A stretch of DNA of 64,000 nt from a virus (IMGVR_UViG_3300029288_000054:198607-262606), one strand, 5' to 3'. Counted from the stretch's first letter, positions 26,460 to 35,991 are shown. Notes: generated from the sequence alone by a model not told the origin. Made by a program: numbers and translations.

Positions 26460-27599
26460 ATGCCGCCACTAGCCTTACAACTTCGACCGAAGACGTTCGA
26501 TGACGTTATCGGACAACCACATCTAACAGGCCATGAGTCAGTATTCCGTAAGTGTATCGAAGCGGACAATTTCTCTAGTTTCGTCTTATATGGTCCCTCT
26601 GGGACTGGGAAGACCTCTATCGTTCACGTGCTAGAGCAACGGTTTAAGATACATAAATTCAATGCGACGACATTCACAGCAAAGGAAGTCCGCAAGGTTT
26701 TGGATTGCGACGAGAATGTCATTGTCATGATTGATGAATGCTATCGTCTGACCGCCCCGCAAAGCGATATACTTCTGCCTTATCTTGAAACTTCTCGTGT
26801 CAGATTTATCGGTTGCACTGTTGAGAACCCGTTCCACTCTATGCGGTCATCTCTTCTATCTAGGTGTCATATTTTCGAGACCGAGCCGCTTTCGCAGCTT
26901 GATGTGTTGAAGGTTATCATCAGAGGCGTTAGTTGTCTCAAGCAGAACTGGCCAATCCATTTAGAAAAAGACGCAGCGAAATATATCAGCATCGTTGCTA
27001 ATGGTGATGCACGAAAAGCCCTGTCAATACTTGAGATGGCTTTCAATTACAAAAACAATATCACCATCGACATAGCTAAAAGAGTCGCACCGTCGAAATA
27101 CTTCATACTCGCGGACCAAGATCATTTTGATTTAGCGTCAGCATTTCAGGGTAGTATACAGGCTAGTGATCCAGATTCGGCAATCTTTTGGCTAGCGAAA
27201 TGGCTCGAATCGGGTGAAGATCCGCGTTATATCGCAAGGAGACTGATGGTTAGTGCCTCAGAAGATGCTGCTGGTACTCCGATATGTGCCGCCGTTGCAC
27301 ATGCCGCGTATATCGCAGCGAAAGAAGTCGGTCGGCCCGAATGCGACATACCATTAGCTCACGCCACTATCCTAGTTGCCACCGCGCCAAGAAACAAATC
27401 TGCAGCATGTGCAATCTGGTCGGCTGTGAGCGATGTTAGGCACGGTGTAACTGTCGAAGTCCCAAAAGCTTTGAAAGATAGCCATTATAAATCATGTGAA
27501 AAATTGGGGCATGGGGCATATAACGACGGCATGAACCAAGAAGCTTATGTTAGCGTTGGCCGAAAGTACTATTGTCCTGAAGACTGGGAGAAGATATAA
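26460..27599 (+). CDS. RarA/MgsA-like AAA+ ATPase (replication-associated recombination protein A family)
   Basis: 379 aa. LRPKTFDDVIGQPHL, Walker A LYGPSGTGKTS, and C-terminal DPDSAIFWLAKWLESGEDPRYIARRL matching the MgsA C-terminal helix. Confidence 0.75.
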   Translation: MPPLALQLRPKTFDDVIGQPHLTGHESVFRKCIEADNFSSFVLYGPSGTGKTSIVHVLEQRFKIHKFNATTFTAKEVRKVLDCDENVIVMIDECYRLTAPQSDILLPYLETSRVRFIGCTVENPFHSMRSSLLSRCHIFETEPLSQLDVLKVIIRGVSCLKQNWPIHLEKDAAKYISIVANGDARKALSILEMAFNYKNNITIDIAKRVAPSKYFILADQDHFDLASAFQGSIQASDPDSAIFWLAKWLESGEDPRYIARRLMVSASEDAAGTPICAAVAHAAYIAAKEVGRPECDIPLAHATILVATAPRNKSAACAIWSAVSDVRHGVTVEVPKALKDSHYKSCEKLGHGAYNDGMNQEAYVSVGRKYYCPEDWEKI

Positions 27600-27823
27600 T
27601 GAAAATTGAGATAGACCTGACAGCCGCAGCCGACAAAGAATTGACACGTATCTCTGAACGGACCGGCATACCGAGAGCTAAAGTTATTCAAAAGTCGTTT
27701 AATCTATTTCGTGCGTATCTGGCAGCAAGAGATAATAGCGACGAATGGGTCGTTGTTCCTAGCACCAGCGAAATCGATTACGACGAGCTACCAAGAGTTA
27801 CTGTTCCAGGAATAAAGTTATGA
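27599..27823 (+). CDS. hypothetical protein
   Basis: 74 aa. ATGA overlap with the previous gene. Confidence 0.4.
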   Translation: MKIEIDLTAAADKELTRISERTGIPRAKVIQKSFNLFRAYLAARDNSDEWVVVPSTSEIDYDELPRVTVPGIKL

Positions 27824-28296
27824 TTGACTTTGCCCATCTGTTAGAACGCCTAAAATCGTGGTCTGATGCTAAACACACCTGCACACAATGCGGTATGCTT
27901 GAACCAGCTTGCGACTGTCGTAGTGGGCATGAAGAAGGCCAGAATTGGGAGCCTACAGAAGAATCACGATTCATCGACGAATCAATCGTAGCAATCGAGA
28001 TGCTTCTCGGTTTTGCTGAAAGAGCGTGTCCGAAGTGCGATGGGTGCGGCAAGCTCTTATTGCAAGGAGGGGTTGTTGAAGCTGACGGTATCACGAAGAA
28101 ACCAGCACGTATTGTATGTCTGAACTGCAAAGACCCAAATTTTGTAAAGGCACCGTCGCGTGCCGAGCTATCGATGAAAGATTGGATCTTGACTGACGGA
28201 GATGCTGAGACGGCCATGAAGGCTTTGGCAGACGGATCAGCAAGAGCTAGGATTATGGCTGAGCCACTACAACCATTCATTCCACCGAAATCATGA
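27820..28296 (+). CDS. hypothetical Cys-rich protein
   Basis: 158 aa with several CxxC pairs. Confidence 0.4.
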   Translation: MIDFAHLLERLKSWSDAKHTCTQCGMLEPACDCRSGHEEGQNWEPTEESRFIDESIVAIEMLLGFAERACPKCDGCGKLLLQGGVVEADGITKKPARIVCLNCKDPNFVKAPSRAELSMKDWILTDGDAETAMKALADGSARARIMAEPLQPFIPPKS

Positions 28297-28730
28297 TTGG
28301 CAGTAAGATAGAAGAACTGCCTGAGGATCTGCAGACCGTAGCGAAGCGTATATCTACGACCGCTGAATGTAAATGCGATCTCTCTGTCGGTTTTATCTGT
28401 GAGTCGTGCGTTATCTACGCATTGATGATCAATGCAGCAAAGGAGATCGTCAAATTGAGAGGCGAAGCTTCTGAGAAAAGAAAGACTGACAGAGAACGAA
28501 TAGCTGGTCTTCCGATTGCTCATCGTACAAGCATGACGTATGTTGGTAGAAACATCTACATCGTCGAGGGTGTGAAAGGTTTATATTGGTTGAGAAAGCG
28601 GCTTCAAGACGAGAAGCTTCCAAAAGTATCAGCTAGGCGTCAAAGCACACGCGGGTGTAGCTGGGCAGAATCAACTTTTGTGCGAGGTAGAGAATTAGAG
28701 GAGTTGCTGAAGCCAGCGCTATGCGAGTAG
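28293..28730 (+). CDS. hypothetical protein
   Basis: 145 aa ORF. Confidence 0.4.
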   Translation: MIGSKIEELPEDLQTVAKRISTTAECKCDLSVGFICESCVIYALMINAAKEIVKLRGEASEKRKTDRERIAGLPIAHRTSMTYVGRNIYIVEGVKGLYWLRKRLQDEKLPKVSARRQSTRGCSWAESTFVRGRELEELLKPALCE

Positions 28731-28990
28731 TTCATTGCAAGAAGACAAGCTACACAGACTATATCGGTAGACCGTCGTCCTTCGGGAATCCATTCGCCAT
28801 TGGAGTTGACGGTACCAGAGAGCAAGTTATCGAGAAATATGAGGCTTACGCTAGAAACAATCCTGACCTTCTCGAACTCATCAGAGACCTCCCAGAAGAT
28901 GCCGTTTTGGGGTGCTTTTGTCATCCTAAGCCGTGCCATGGCGATGTTATTATAAAACTCTGGGAAGAAATGCACACTCCTCAAATATAG
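28721..28990 (+). CDS. DUF4326-like protein
   Basis: 89 aa. GNPF...CHPKPCHGD pattern. Confidence 0.4.
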   Translation: MRVVHCKKTSYTDYIGRPSSFGNPFAIGVDGTREQVIEKYEAYARNNPDLLELIRDLPEDAVLGCFCHPKPCHGDVIIKLWEEMHTPQI

Positions 28991-28993
28991 TGC

Positions 28994-29422
28994 ATGCGGC
29001 TGCTACTCTCAGAATCTGTCGATTGGAAGCTTGATGTTATCGACTCATATGAGGAGATATCGCCAAACGACTTCTATCTAAATAGAGAAGTCGGAGCTAG
29101 AAAAGGTGATAAACTTCAATATATTACTTATTTGGCGTTCTTAGAATCAATCAACGAAACCGGATTGAAATTCGGTATCACTGTTAGAGTAGAACTAATA
29201 GTCAACGACAGATCCGGGATAGCATGGATTGATTGGATCGGCAAAGGACCGCATCGCCATAACAACACAGATAAAGCACCAAGCTACGCGAATCTCAGAC
29301 ATTTGCTTTCTCAAATTGCGAAGAACCATCCACACATTAAATTCTTTGCAGGTAATAGAGAAAGCGGGATGCGCGAAAAATTCGGCAAACCAGAGTTCAA
29401 ACTGCGAGCTAGCAAACTCTAA
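28994..29422 (+). CDS. hypothetical protein
   Basis: 142 aa ORF. Confidence 0.4.
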   Translation: MRLLLSESVDWKLDVIDSYEEISPNDFYLNREVGARKGDKLQYITYLAFLESINETGLKFGITVRVELIVNDRSGIAWIDWIGKGPHRHNNTDKAPSYANLRHLLSQIAKNHPHIKFFAGNRESGMREKFGKPEFKLRASKL

Positions 29423-30244
29423 TTATTTTCTACACTGCGAGCAATTGGCGCACAGAGCGAGTTTTGCTTGCTGTGATTTTATATGTCGATCTCTGATCGC
29501 ATTGTATTCTAGGCTGTGCCAGATCTCTTCAATAGTTTGCTGATAAACGTTGCCAAGGCAGTATTGGCCGTGAACGTCAGCGTGGCATTGTGCTACTCTT
29601 CCATCGACTAATATCGTAAATGTTCTCCATAACCTATTGCACTTAATGAATTTCCCAGCAGTTTTCTTGCCGTATTGTCCACCCCAGTTGTGTTTAGGAC
29701 CGAGTGCGAATTCAACAGAGAAATCTATTAATGTGGTCGCACTGCGATTCGTACAACATGTTACGTATATCTGCGTTCTCGACTTCATCGAGTCGCGCGT
29801 TCTTATCAGCCCTTTGATATTGTTTGCTACCTCTGACCATTTTAGCGGCTGTCTGATCAACTCGAATTCTTCCGGCGTAGATCCATCTACACTTATCTTG
29901 ATCTCATCTATACCGCTGTTTAAGAGTCTCTGTGCTCTATCTGAGGTAAGTAATGACCCATTAGTGAAAATCTTCGTATAAACGTGGCATTTCTGCTTTA
30001 CAAGCCTTATCCTGTCTTCTAAATTGGCGTCGAGAAGCGGTTCGCCGAAATTATGTAAGTGTATCTCTGATAGTCTATTTTTAGAACACTCGTCGATTAT
30101 TTTCTCAAATAGATCATCTGGCATAATATGGACGGGGCGTAGCATCGTATTGTGCGGGCACATAGCACAATGTGCATTGCATGCATTCGTGGTTTCGATA
30201 CGTACGACCGGTGGAAATTTAGCCATAATGCTACCAGCATACAT
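29423..30244 (-). CDS. radical SAM protein with SPASM-like C-terminal Cys cluster
   Basis: 273 aa. CNAHCAMC (CxxxCxxC), FGEPLLD, C-terminal CANCSQC. Confidence 0.7.
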   Translation of the reverse strand: MYAGSIMAKFPPVVRIETTNACNAHCAMCPHNTMLRPVHIMPDDLFEKIIDECSKNRLSEIHLHNFGEPLLDANLEDRIRLVKQKCHVYTKIFTNGSLLTSDRAQRLLNSGIDEIKISVDGSTPEEFELIRQPLKWSEVANNIKGLIRTRDSMKSRTQIYVTCCTNRSATTLIDFSVEFALGPKHNWGGQYGKKTAGKFIKCNRLWRTFTILVDGRVAQCHADVHGQYCLGNVYQQTIEEIWHSLEYNAIRDRHIKSQQAKLALCANCSQCRK

Positions 30245-30282
30245 ACCTTCGCCAATGAAAAATAAAAAGAAGGAGATTCGCC

Positions 30283-30528
30283 ATGCTCAAAATCTTGATT
30301 GCAATGTATGTCGGTGGCTGGGCGGCTAGTGCTGCACCATTCTACGCGACGACCAAGGCAGCGAATCCAAATCAGCCGATTAGGAACGCTTTTAAGGCAT
30401 TTGGGTTGTCGGCTGCATGGATTGTCTCAATCATACCTATAATGGTGACTTTCATCAAGGACTTGGTTGAGAGATTCAAACCAAAAACGACCACGACAAC
30501 AACAGAGACAACCACAACGAAGACGTAA
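30283..30528 (+). CDS. small membrane protein with Thr-rich tail
   Basis: 81 aa, two TM segments, ends TTTTTETTTTKT. Confidence 0.4.
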   Translation: MLKILIAMYVGGWAASAAPFYATTKAANPNQPIRNAFKAFGLSAAWIVSIIPIMVTFIKDLVERFKPKTTTTTTETTTTKT

Positions 30529-30545
30529 GACCCTAGGAGGGAATT

Positions 30546-30713
30546 ATGACAACATTTCTTGCTAAATATTGGTGGCTGATTGCGATAATTGTTTATATCG
30601 CATTAGCTGTGACTATGGGGGTCTACCTCCATAACACCGGTGCAGAGCGACCGATCATTGGCGGCATCTTGTGGCCGATCAGATTGATCAAACTGCTGCT
30701 TGGCGGAGGGTAA
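30546..30713 (+). CDS. small membrane protein (55 aa, not in ORF track)
   Basis: GGAGGG Shine-Dalgarno 5 nt upstream of the ATG. Two hydrophobic segments. Confidence 0.35.
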   Translation: MTTFLAKYWWLIAIIVYIALAVTMGVYLHNTGAERPIIGGILWPIRLIKLLLGGG

Positions 30714-30884
30714 CTTCCGCCGTAGCCGATCGATCTCAGCGAGAGCCATCTTAAACGCCTCTAGGATTTCCGTTTCCACGGTAAGACGAATAAATTCCCG
30801 AAAAAGTTGCTTTTCGTTATCTATTTCAATTAGTCGGCATTGCCACATCTGCTCGAATTCTGGTGTCCAGATATTATTGCTCAT
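30603..30884 (-). CDS. hypothetical protein (doubtful; antisense overlap with 30546..30713)
   Basis: 93 aa ORF. Confidence 0.2.
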   Translation of the reverse strand: MSNNIWTPEFEQMWQCRLIEIDNEKQLFREFIRLTVETEILEAFKMALAEIDRLRRKLPSAKQQFDQSDRPQDAANDRSLCTGVMEVDPHSHS

Positions 30885-30932
30885 AGTCTTTTCTCAAATA
30901 CCTGCTATGGATGTATTTGAGTCATATAATTT

Positions 30933-31154
30933 ATGAATATGGTCCTTCTCACCAACATAGACGAAATTATGACCTGCTACCTAAGCGGGTTCAAGCTTAA
31001 TGAGGAAGCTCAACAATTGTGTACCAGAATACTCAACGGCACACAACAACTCCCAGTCAAGATTGTGGATGAATGGCCTGTCGATTGGCAAAATCTGCCA
31101 TCAGACGCAATATTAGCAATAATGGAGAAACCGTCATGGTGTTCCTTGAATTAG
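30933..31154 (+). CDS. hypothetical protein
   Basis: 73 aa ORF. Confidence 0.3.
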   Translation: MNMVLLTNIDEIMTCYLSGFKLNEEAQQLCTRILNGTQQLPVKIVDEWPVDWQNLPSDAILAIMEKPSWCSLN

Positions 31155-31384
31155 CAGAGCTGCTCATATCGGCTCTGATACTACTGGTGTTTGTCACCCA
31201 AATATTCATCCCTCTATGGAAAGGAGAGAATTTATTCCCGATTTTCCGAAAGAAGTTGAATAGACTTAACGATGAAGTCGCCGAGGCCAAAGAAGAAGTC
31301 GGCATGGCGACGACTAAGCGTAAAATCAAGAAACTGAAGAAAACTGTTCAAGACCTAGAAAGTGAGGACGCGAGTGATGACTAA
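31073..31384 (+). CDS. hypothetical protein with TM segment
   Basis: 103 aa ORF. Overlaps the previous ORF in another frame. Confidence 0.3.
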   Translation: MACRLAKSAIRRNISNNGETVMVFLELAELLISALILLVFVTQIFIPLWKGENLFPIFRKKLNRLNDEVAEAKEEVGMATTKRKIKKLKKTVQDLESEDASDD

Positions 31385-32645
31385 CAAGCAAATTGTGGCA
31401 TTAGTTCTGGCGGGTATCGTGCTAGTAGCGATACTAGCATCAATTGGGAATCTGTTCGAAAATCTCGATGCCGGATCGGTCATGGTGATCCAGAGCCCGG
31501 TAAGCGGCGATTTGGCCTGGTACACTTCGCCCGGTGTGAAGTGGCAGGGCTTCGGTAAGGTCACCAAATACCAGAAGCGGAGCCAGCTTTGGTTTAACGC
31601 AAAAGACGATCAGGGTAAGACCACCGACGAATCAATCAAGATTCGGTTTAACGACGGTGGACATGCACAAGTTTCTGGCGGTATCTCTTGGGAAATTCCA
31701 CTTGCTGATGATAAGCTGACCGACATTCATACGAAATTCGGCAGCCAGATTGCTCTCGAACAGCAATTGGTCAGAACCATCATTGAGAAATCCATCTACA
31801 TGACCGGCCCTCTCATGAGTAGCCAGGAGTCATATGCTTCGAGACGCAATGAACTTCTTTACCTGATCGAGGATCAAATCCAGAATGGTATTTGTTTAAC
31901 AAAGACCACCCAGGAGAAAACCAAGGACCCGATCACTGGTGCCGAGAAGACCGTAGCACTTGTCTCTTTGGTTACTGATAAGGAAGGCAAGCCAAAACGT
32001 GCCGAAGCTTCTCCACTGACCGAGTTCGGCGTCAAGGCTTTCAACTTGTCAATCAACGAGGTCAAGTACGACGAGCAGGTTGAAGGTCAGATCCAGCAAC
32101 AGCAGAAGGCCACAATGCAAGTTCAAATTGCTATGGCCAACTCGAAGGAAGCTGAACAGCGAGCTCTAACCACGGTAAAGCAGGGCGAAGCCGACGCTGC
32201 TAAGGCTGAATGGGAACAAAAGACCATCGCAGCCAAGGCTATCGAGCTCGCCAATCAGGAAAAGAAGGTTGCTGAAACCTTAGCTCAACAGAAATTGGCT
32301 GTTGCCGAATTGGACGCAAAGGCCGCTGCTCAATTCAAGATGGCTGAAACTCTTCGTGGTGAAGGTGAAGCTGCTCGTCGTAAACTTGTGATGGAAGCTG
32401 ACGGTGCTTTGGAAAAGAAACTCGAAGCTTACACCACAGTCAACAGATACTTTGCTGACGCAATCGCCAAGCACGAGGGTGCCTGGGTGCCCACCATCGT
32501 CATGGGCGGCAGCAACGGTCAAGCCGGAATTGGTGCGGTTGATCTAATTAGCCTGATAACAGCGAAAGCTGCTAGGGACTTGTCTCTCGACATGAATCCG
32601 AAGGATACCAAGCACAGTCCTCAACCTACTCCTGCTCCTCAGTAG
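31362..32645 (+). CDS. SPFH/band-7 (HflK/C-, flotillin-like) membrane protein
   Basis: 427 aa. N-terminal TM, SPFH-like core, long Ala/Glu/Lys coiled coil. Confidence 0.65.
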   Translation: MRTRVMTNKQIVALVLAGIVLVAILASIGNLFENLDAGSVMVIQSPVSGDLAWYTSPGVKWQGFGKVTKYQKRSQLWFNAKDDQGKTTDESIKIRFNDGGHAQVSGGISWEIPLADDKLTDIHTKFGSQIALEQQLVRTIIEKSIYMTGPLMSSQESYASRRNELLYLIEDQIQNGICLTKTTQEKTKDPITGAEKTVALVSLVTDKEGKPKRAEASPLTEFGVKAFNLSINEVKYDEQVEGQIQQQQKATMQVQIAMANSKEAEQRALTTVKQGEADAAKAEWEQKTIAAKAIELANQEKKVAETLAQQKLAVAELDAKAAAQFKMAETLRGEGEAARRKLVMEADGALEKKLEAYTTVNRYFADAIAKHEGAWVPTIVMGGSNGQAGIGAVDLISLITAKAARDLSLDMNPKDTKHSPQPTPAPQ

Positions 32646-32748
32646 TCATCAGGTTCCTCCAAACCTCCGAACGGGCGGTCTTGGCAACGAGACCGCCCGT
32701 TTGCGTAGATATTCCCAGCAAAGATAGGTTGTAATAGGGAGTATCTAT

Positions 32749-33495
32749 ATGTTGATGACAAGAACGCAGCAATCCGGTCGGTACAATCCGAAGGTCAATT
32801 TCAACCGTGGTCTTACGGCACAAACCGGATTCCTGCCTGAGGGCACTCAATTGCTCCAGGACGTCTGGCCGTTGAAGGTCCTCGACACCAAGCAGGTGAT
32901 TGGAGAGGGTGTTCTTGGCGGAGCACCGATCACACGTGTCACTGGAATTTTCCAAGTAGCCGATGATCTGAATGCTAATGGCCGCGTTTATCCGCGACCG
33001 GTGGTAAGGGAAGCGGTCGAAGCAATTCAAGAAGACTTGGCAAATCGATCTGTTTGGGGCGAGTTCGATCATCCCGCCGACGCCAAAATTCATCTTGAAC
33101 GGATCTCCCACCTTCTGACCAAGATATGGATGGAAGGTAAGAACGTCTATGGCGAAGCCGAGATTATCGATGATCTACCGTTCGGCCAGCAATTGAAGAC
33201 ATTACTAAAGCGTGGTCGCATCGGGATTTCTTCACGCGGTATCGGCGACATGGATGTCCGTGATCAAGGTGGTCAAGAGACATACTACGTTACTGAAGGC
33301 TACCGGTTCGTCACATGGGACGCAGTTGCCGAACCATCCGTAACTGGTGCTATCCTCCATATCTGCGAAGGTAAGTTGAAGCCGCTGAATCGTTCTATTC
33401 GGCAAAGTGTGTCGAAGGGCGTGTTCACAGCCGAGACTTACCAGAAGCGTTTGGCGAAAGAGATTTCTGAGTATCTCGCCAAGAGCAGACGTTAG
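32749..33495 (+). CDS. putative prohead core protease (T4 gp21 / peptidase S77-like)
   Basis: 248 aa. GEFDHP and ISSRGIG segments recall the S77 family. Assignment is from memory of family motifs and is uncertain. Confidence 0.35.
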   Translation: MLMTRTQQSGRYNPKVNFNRGLTAQTGFLPEGTQLLQDVWPLKVLDTKQVIGEGVLGGAPITRVTGIFQVADDLNANGRVYPRPVVREAVEAIQEDLANRSVWGEFDHPADAKIHLERISHLLTKIWMEGKNVYGEAEIIDDLPFGQQLKTLLKRGRIGISSRGIGDMDVRDQGGQETYYVTEGYRFVTWDAVAEPSVTGAILHICEGKLKPLNRSIRQSVSKGVFTAETYQKRLAKEISEYLAKSRR

Positions 33496-34001
33496 CGACC
33501 GAAAAGCGTTAAGACTGCTCTGATTAGTTGTGTTCGTGAGACACCGCGCTTTTCAGCAACCTCATCTAAGTCGGCAATCGTTGTCAGACCAACTGGCCAA
33601 ATTCTGCCGGTTTTTATAATGTTTTGTGTGAATCCGGTTTGTTCGAGCATTTTATCAATAACCGGCAAAAACTCTTCAACTGCTTCGTGTAGAGTGTAGC
33701 GAAATTGCTTCCCACTTTTTGTCTTTGCGCGTTCAACGATTTCTGGGTCGATATCGATTCGTAGCATTTCACGCTTGATAGGGCAAGCTTCGTTAACAAT
33801 AGAAAATTCATGCCCACAACCACATTTCGGTATTCGCCATTTCACCCAACCATGACAATTTGGGCAGTATCTACGCCCAGGTGCATTTGTTGTGTGGACT
33901 ATGACTCCGTTGATCCACTTGAAGAAAATGAATCCACAATTACATTCGGCTGATCCACCAGAAATACGGTTGAAACAAGCTGGGCATTGTTTGTCAGCCA
34001 T
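33492..34001 (-). CDS. zinc-ribbon protein
   Basis: 169 aa. CPAC...CNCG and CPNC...CGCG. Confidence 0.4.
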   Translation of the reverse strand: MADKQCPACFNRISGGSAECNCGFIFFKWINGVIVHTTNAPGRRYCPNCHGWVKWRIPKCGCGHEFSIVNEACPIKREMLRIDIDPEIVERAKTKSGKQFRYTLHEAVEEFLPVIDKMLEQTGFTQNIIKTGRIWPVGLTTIADLDEVAEKRGVSRTQLIRAVLTLFGR

Positions 34002-34065
34002 ATAAATCCTCTATTGTTTTATAGCACGACGGTACCGCACTATTAATTGCCGTATTTGAAGCCTT

Positions 34066-34293
34066 ATGGGATTCAATTATTGTAGAGGCTGTGGTCATAC
34101 ATATAGCAAGCCTGGAATAGGCCGCATAAAGGACCCACAAGCTCCATGGTGGGCGTTTTGGCGTACTATTATCTGTCCTGAATGTGGCGGCGACGGATTT
34201 GCAAAACCACCAGGGTGGCCAGATAAAGCAGAGATGGCTAAATTAAGACCGGCACCGCCACGAGGCTCTGGACTAGTTATTCCAGTGTCGTAA
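34066..34293 (+). CDS. zinc-ribbon small protein
   Basis: 75 aa. CRGCG...CPECGG. Confidence 0.35.
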   Translation: MGFNYCRGCGHTYSKPGIGRIKDPQAPWWAFWRTIICPECGGDGFAKPPGWPDKAEMAKLRPAPPRGSGLVIPVS

Positions 34294-34437
34294 GATACCA
34301 GCTACTATACATAGATTGGTGATGATGTAAAGCATCACAATAGCTGTTCTGACCGTCGCAATTATATCGGCTTCGAAATCGGTAGTACCAGCTTTTTCAC
34401 CTAGTGCCTTCGCCCAGATACGCCACAACTTTCTCAT
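34273..34437 (-). CDS. small membrane protein (54 aa, not in ORF track)
   Basis: ATG overlaps the TGA of 34434..34682 (ATGA). Hydrophobic C-terminus. Confidence 0.3.
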   Translation of the reverse strand: MRKLWRIWAKALGEKAGTTDFEADIIATVRTAIVMLYIITNLCIVAGILRHWNN

Positions 34438-34682
34438 AGTTCAGCAATTTGCTCTTTTACGCCAACGTCGCTGACCACTACTTTATATGGTTTGCGGCCA
34501 TCAATTTTGTCAGAATGGCAAAGGCGGCATCGGGCGTGTCCGCAACCGCACGGATGTCTCTTTCGGAATTTTCCGAGAGGTTTGAGAAACTTACCGCTGA
34601 ATTCGTCGGTTCTATGTAGGGATGCAACCCAGACCTTCGATTCACGCTGCATTATATGTCGTTCTTCTTGCCAGCGTTTCAT
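34434..34682 (-). CDS. zinc-finger small protein
   Basis: 82 aa. HPCGCGHARCRLCH. Confidence 0.35.
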   Translation of the reverse strand: MKRWQEERHIMQRESKVWVASLHRTDEFSGKFLKPLGKFRKRHPCGCGHARCRLCHSDKIDGRKPYKVVVSDVGVKEQIAEL

Positions 34683-34951
34683 GCTTGTGCTCCTTGCTCA
34701 GCTTTGAAAGTCCCTTGAGGGAGATCTGCAAATCTGCGATGACGTTTTCCGAGATTATGCATCTCGCCAACCTCGGAAACTGTTTTTTCGGAATAGACTG
34801 CTCTAACTAGCCACCCGTCATCCCAGCCATCCGCCTTCTTTATGCGGATGACTAAGCCAACTTGGGCGAACTTAGACGGAATCCACGAAACTTCTCTTCG
34901 GCCATCGCTGCGGTGCTCTAGCTCACACTGATGATAAGTTGTCGTGTTGAC

Positions 34952-35167
34952 TTACTCGACCTCCTCTTCATCATCTTCGTCGTCATCATCGTCCTCATCC
35001 CAATCCTCATCATCATCTTCGTCCCAGTCGTCATCCTCGTCGTATTCATCGTCATCGTAGTCGTCATCTTCGTCCGAATCATCGTCCTCGTCGTCGATAT
35101 CCTCGTCTTCGAGGTCTTCGTCTTCGTCGAGTTCGTCGATCACGTTCAATTGTTTTTCTGCAAACAT
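34952..35167 (-). CDS. hyper-acidic small protein (about 70 percent Asp/Glu)
   Basis: 71 aa. DELDEDEDLEDEDIDDEDDDSDEDDDYDDDEYDEDDDWDEDDDEDWDEDDDDDEDDEEEVE. Strand chosen to match the flanking minus-strand genes. Confidence 0.4.
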   Translation of the reverse strand: MFAEKQLNVIDELDEDEDLEDEDIDDEDDDSDEDDDYDDDEYDEDDDWDEDDDEDWDEDDDDDEDDEEEVE

Positions 35168-35203
35168 GGCGTACCCTCCGAATAATGGTTAAAGACTAAA
35201 GTT

Positions 35204-35428
35204 TTACCGAACCTGTGTGTAGAGCTCTGGATACAAACCACGTAGCCAGTCGGTAAACTGCACTAGCCCACCATACTTGCCAAGTGTGTTTGTTTTGCAG
35301 GCTCGATCAGTCAGATCTTCTAATACAAATCTGATCTGACTGTCGCTGACAATACGGCCTTCTGGGAACAATGCTTCCAATCTTTCGAGCCGCTGTTCGA
35401 CGGTTAGACCGTCTGTTGAAGATGCCAT
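35204..35428 (-). CDS. hypothetical protein
   Basis: 74 aa ORF. Confidence 0.35.
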   Translation of the reverse strand: MASSTDGLTVEQRLERLEALFPEGRIVSDSQIRFVLEDLTDRACKTNTLGKYGGLVQFTDWLRGLYPELYTQVR

Positions 35429-35437
35429 GGCTTCTCC

Positions 35438-35620
35438 TTATTGGGTTTTGTCCTTTAGGCGTACTTTGAGATTATGTACCGCTTCTTCTGGTGTTCTGCC
35501 CTCGGCATTAACAATCCATCTTTTACCGGGCTCGGTGCGTTCTGCTATCGCACAAAACGGTAAGAATGGTGGGCAGCATCTCTGTTGAAATACTCTTATT
35601 TCCCAGTGGTATTCAGCCAT
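35438..35620 (-). CDS. hypothetical protein
   Basis: 60 aa ORF. Confidence 0.3.
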   Translation of the reverse strand: MAEYHWEIRVFQQRCCPPFLPFCAIAERTEPGKRWIVNAEGRTPEEAVHNLKVRLKDKTQ

Positions 35621-35787
35621 CTGGTTTCCAACTCTTCGAGTTCTTTGCGTGTTTTGACCCTATCAAGGTCGATGAGAAATTGTCCAAAATCGAGCACACG
35701 CATATTTTTTGCCTTGTCGGATTTCGCCCACTTTCGACGAATCTCCGCTTTTCTGCACGATAATGTCTTCTCGGCTACCAATTCCAT
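35596..35787 (-). CDS. hypothetical protein
   Basis: 63 aa ORF. Confidence 0.3.
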   Translation of the reverse strand: MELVAEKTLSCRKAEIRRKWAKSDKAKNMRVLDFGQFLIDLDRVKTRKELEELETRWLNTTGK

Positions 35788-35788
35788 A

Positions 35789-35980
35789 TTACGCGATATC
35801 CTGCCGCATCTCGATGTAAGAGGCTATCCGGTTATATAACTGCTCCGCTCTCGTCGCCCCGGTTCCGGGCGGTAGATTGATGCCGTCGAGAAGAGTATGG
35901 CACTTGGTGATATATTCCAATTCGGCCATGATTTTGTCGGCTGTCTCGCGATATGTTTCGGCATCGGCCATAGCGAACAC
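35789..35980 (-). CDS. hypothetical protein
   Basis: 63 aa ORF. Confidence 0.3.
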   Translation of the reverse strand: MFAMADAETYRETADKIMAELEYITKCHTLLDGINLPPGTGATRAEQLYNRIASYIEMRQDIA

Positions 35981-35991
35981 TCCTTTGTGGA

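Noticed and set aside
34931-35185. 84-aa poly-hydrophobic ORF (IFVVIIVLIPILIIIF...) on the plus strand
   Set aside because: It is the mirror-image reading of the GA/TC-rich repeat that encodes the hyper-acidic protein on the minus strand. The flanking genes are all minus-strand.
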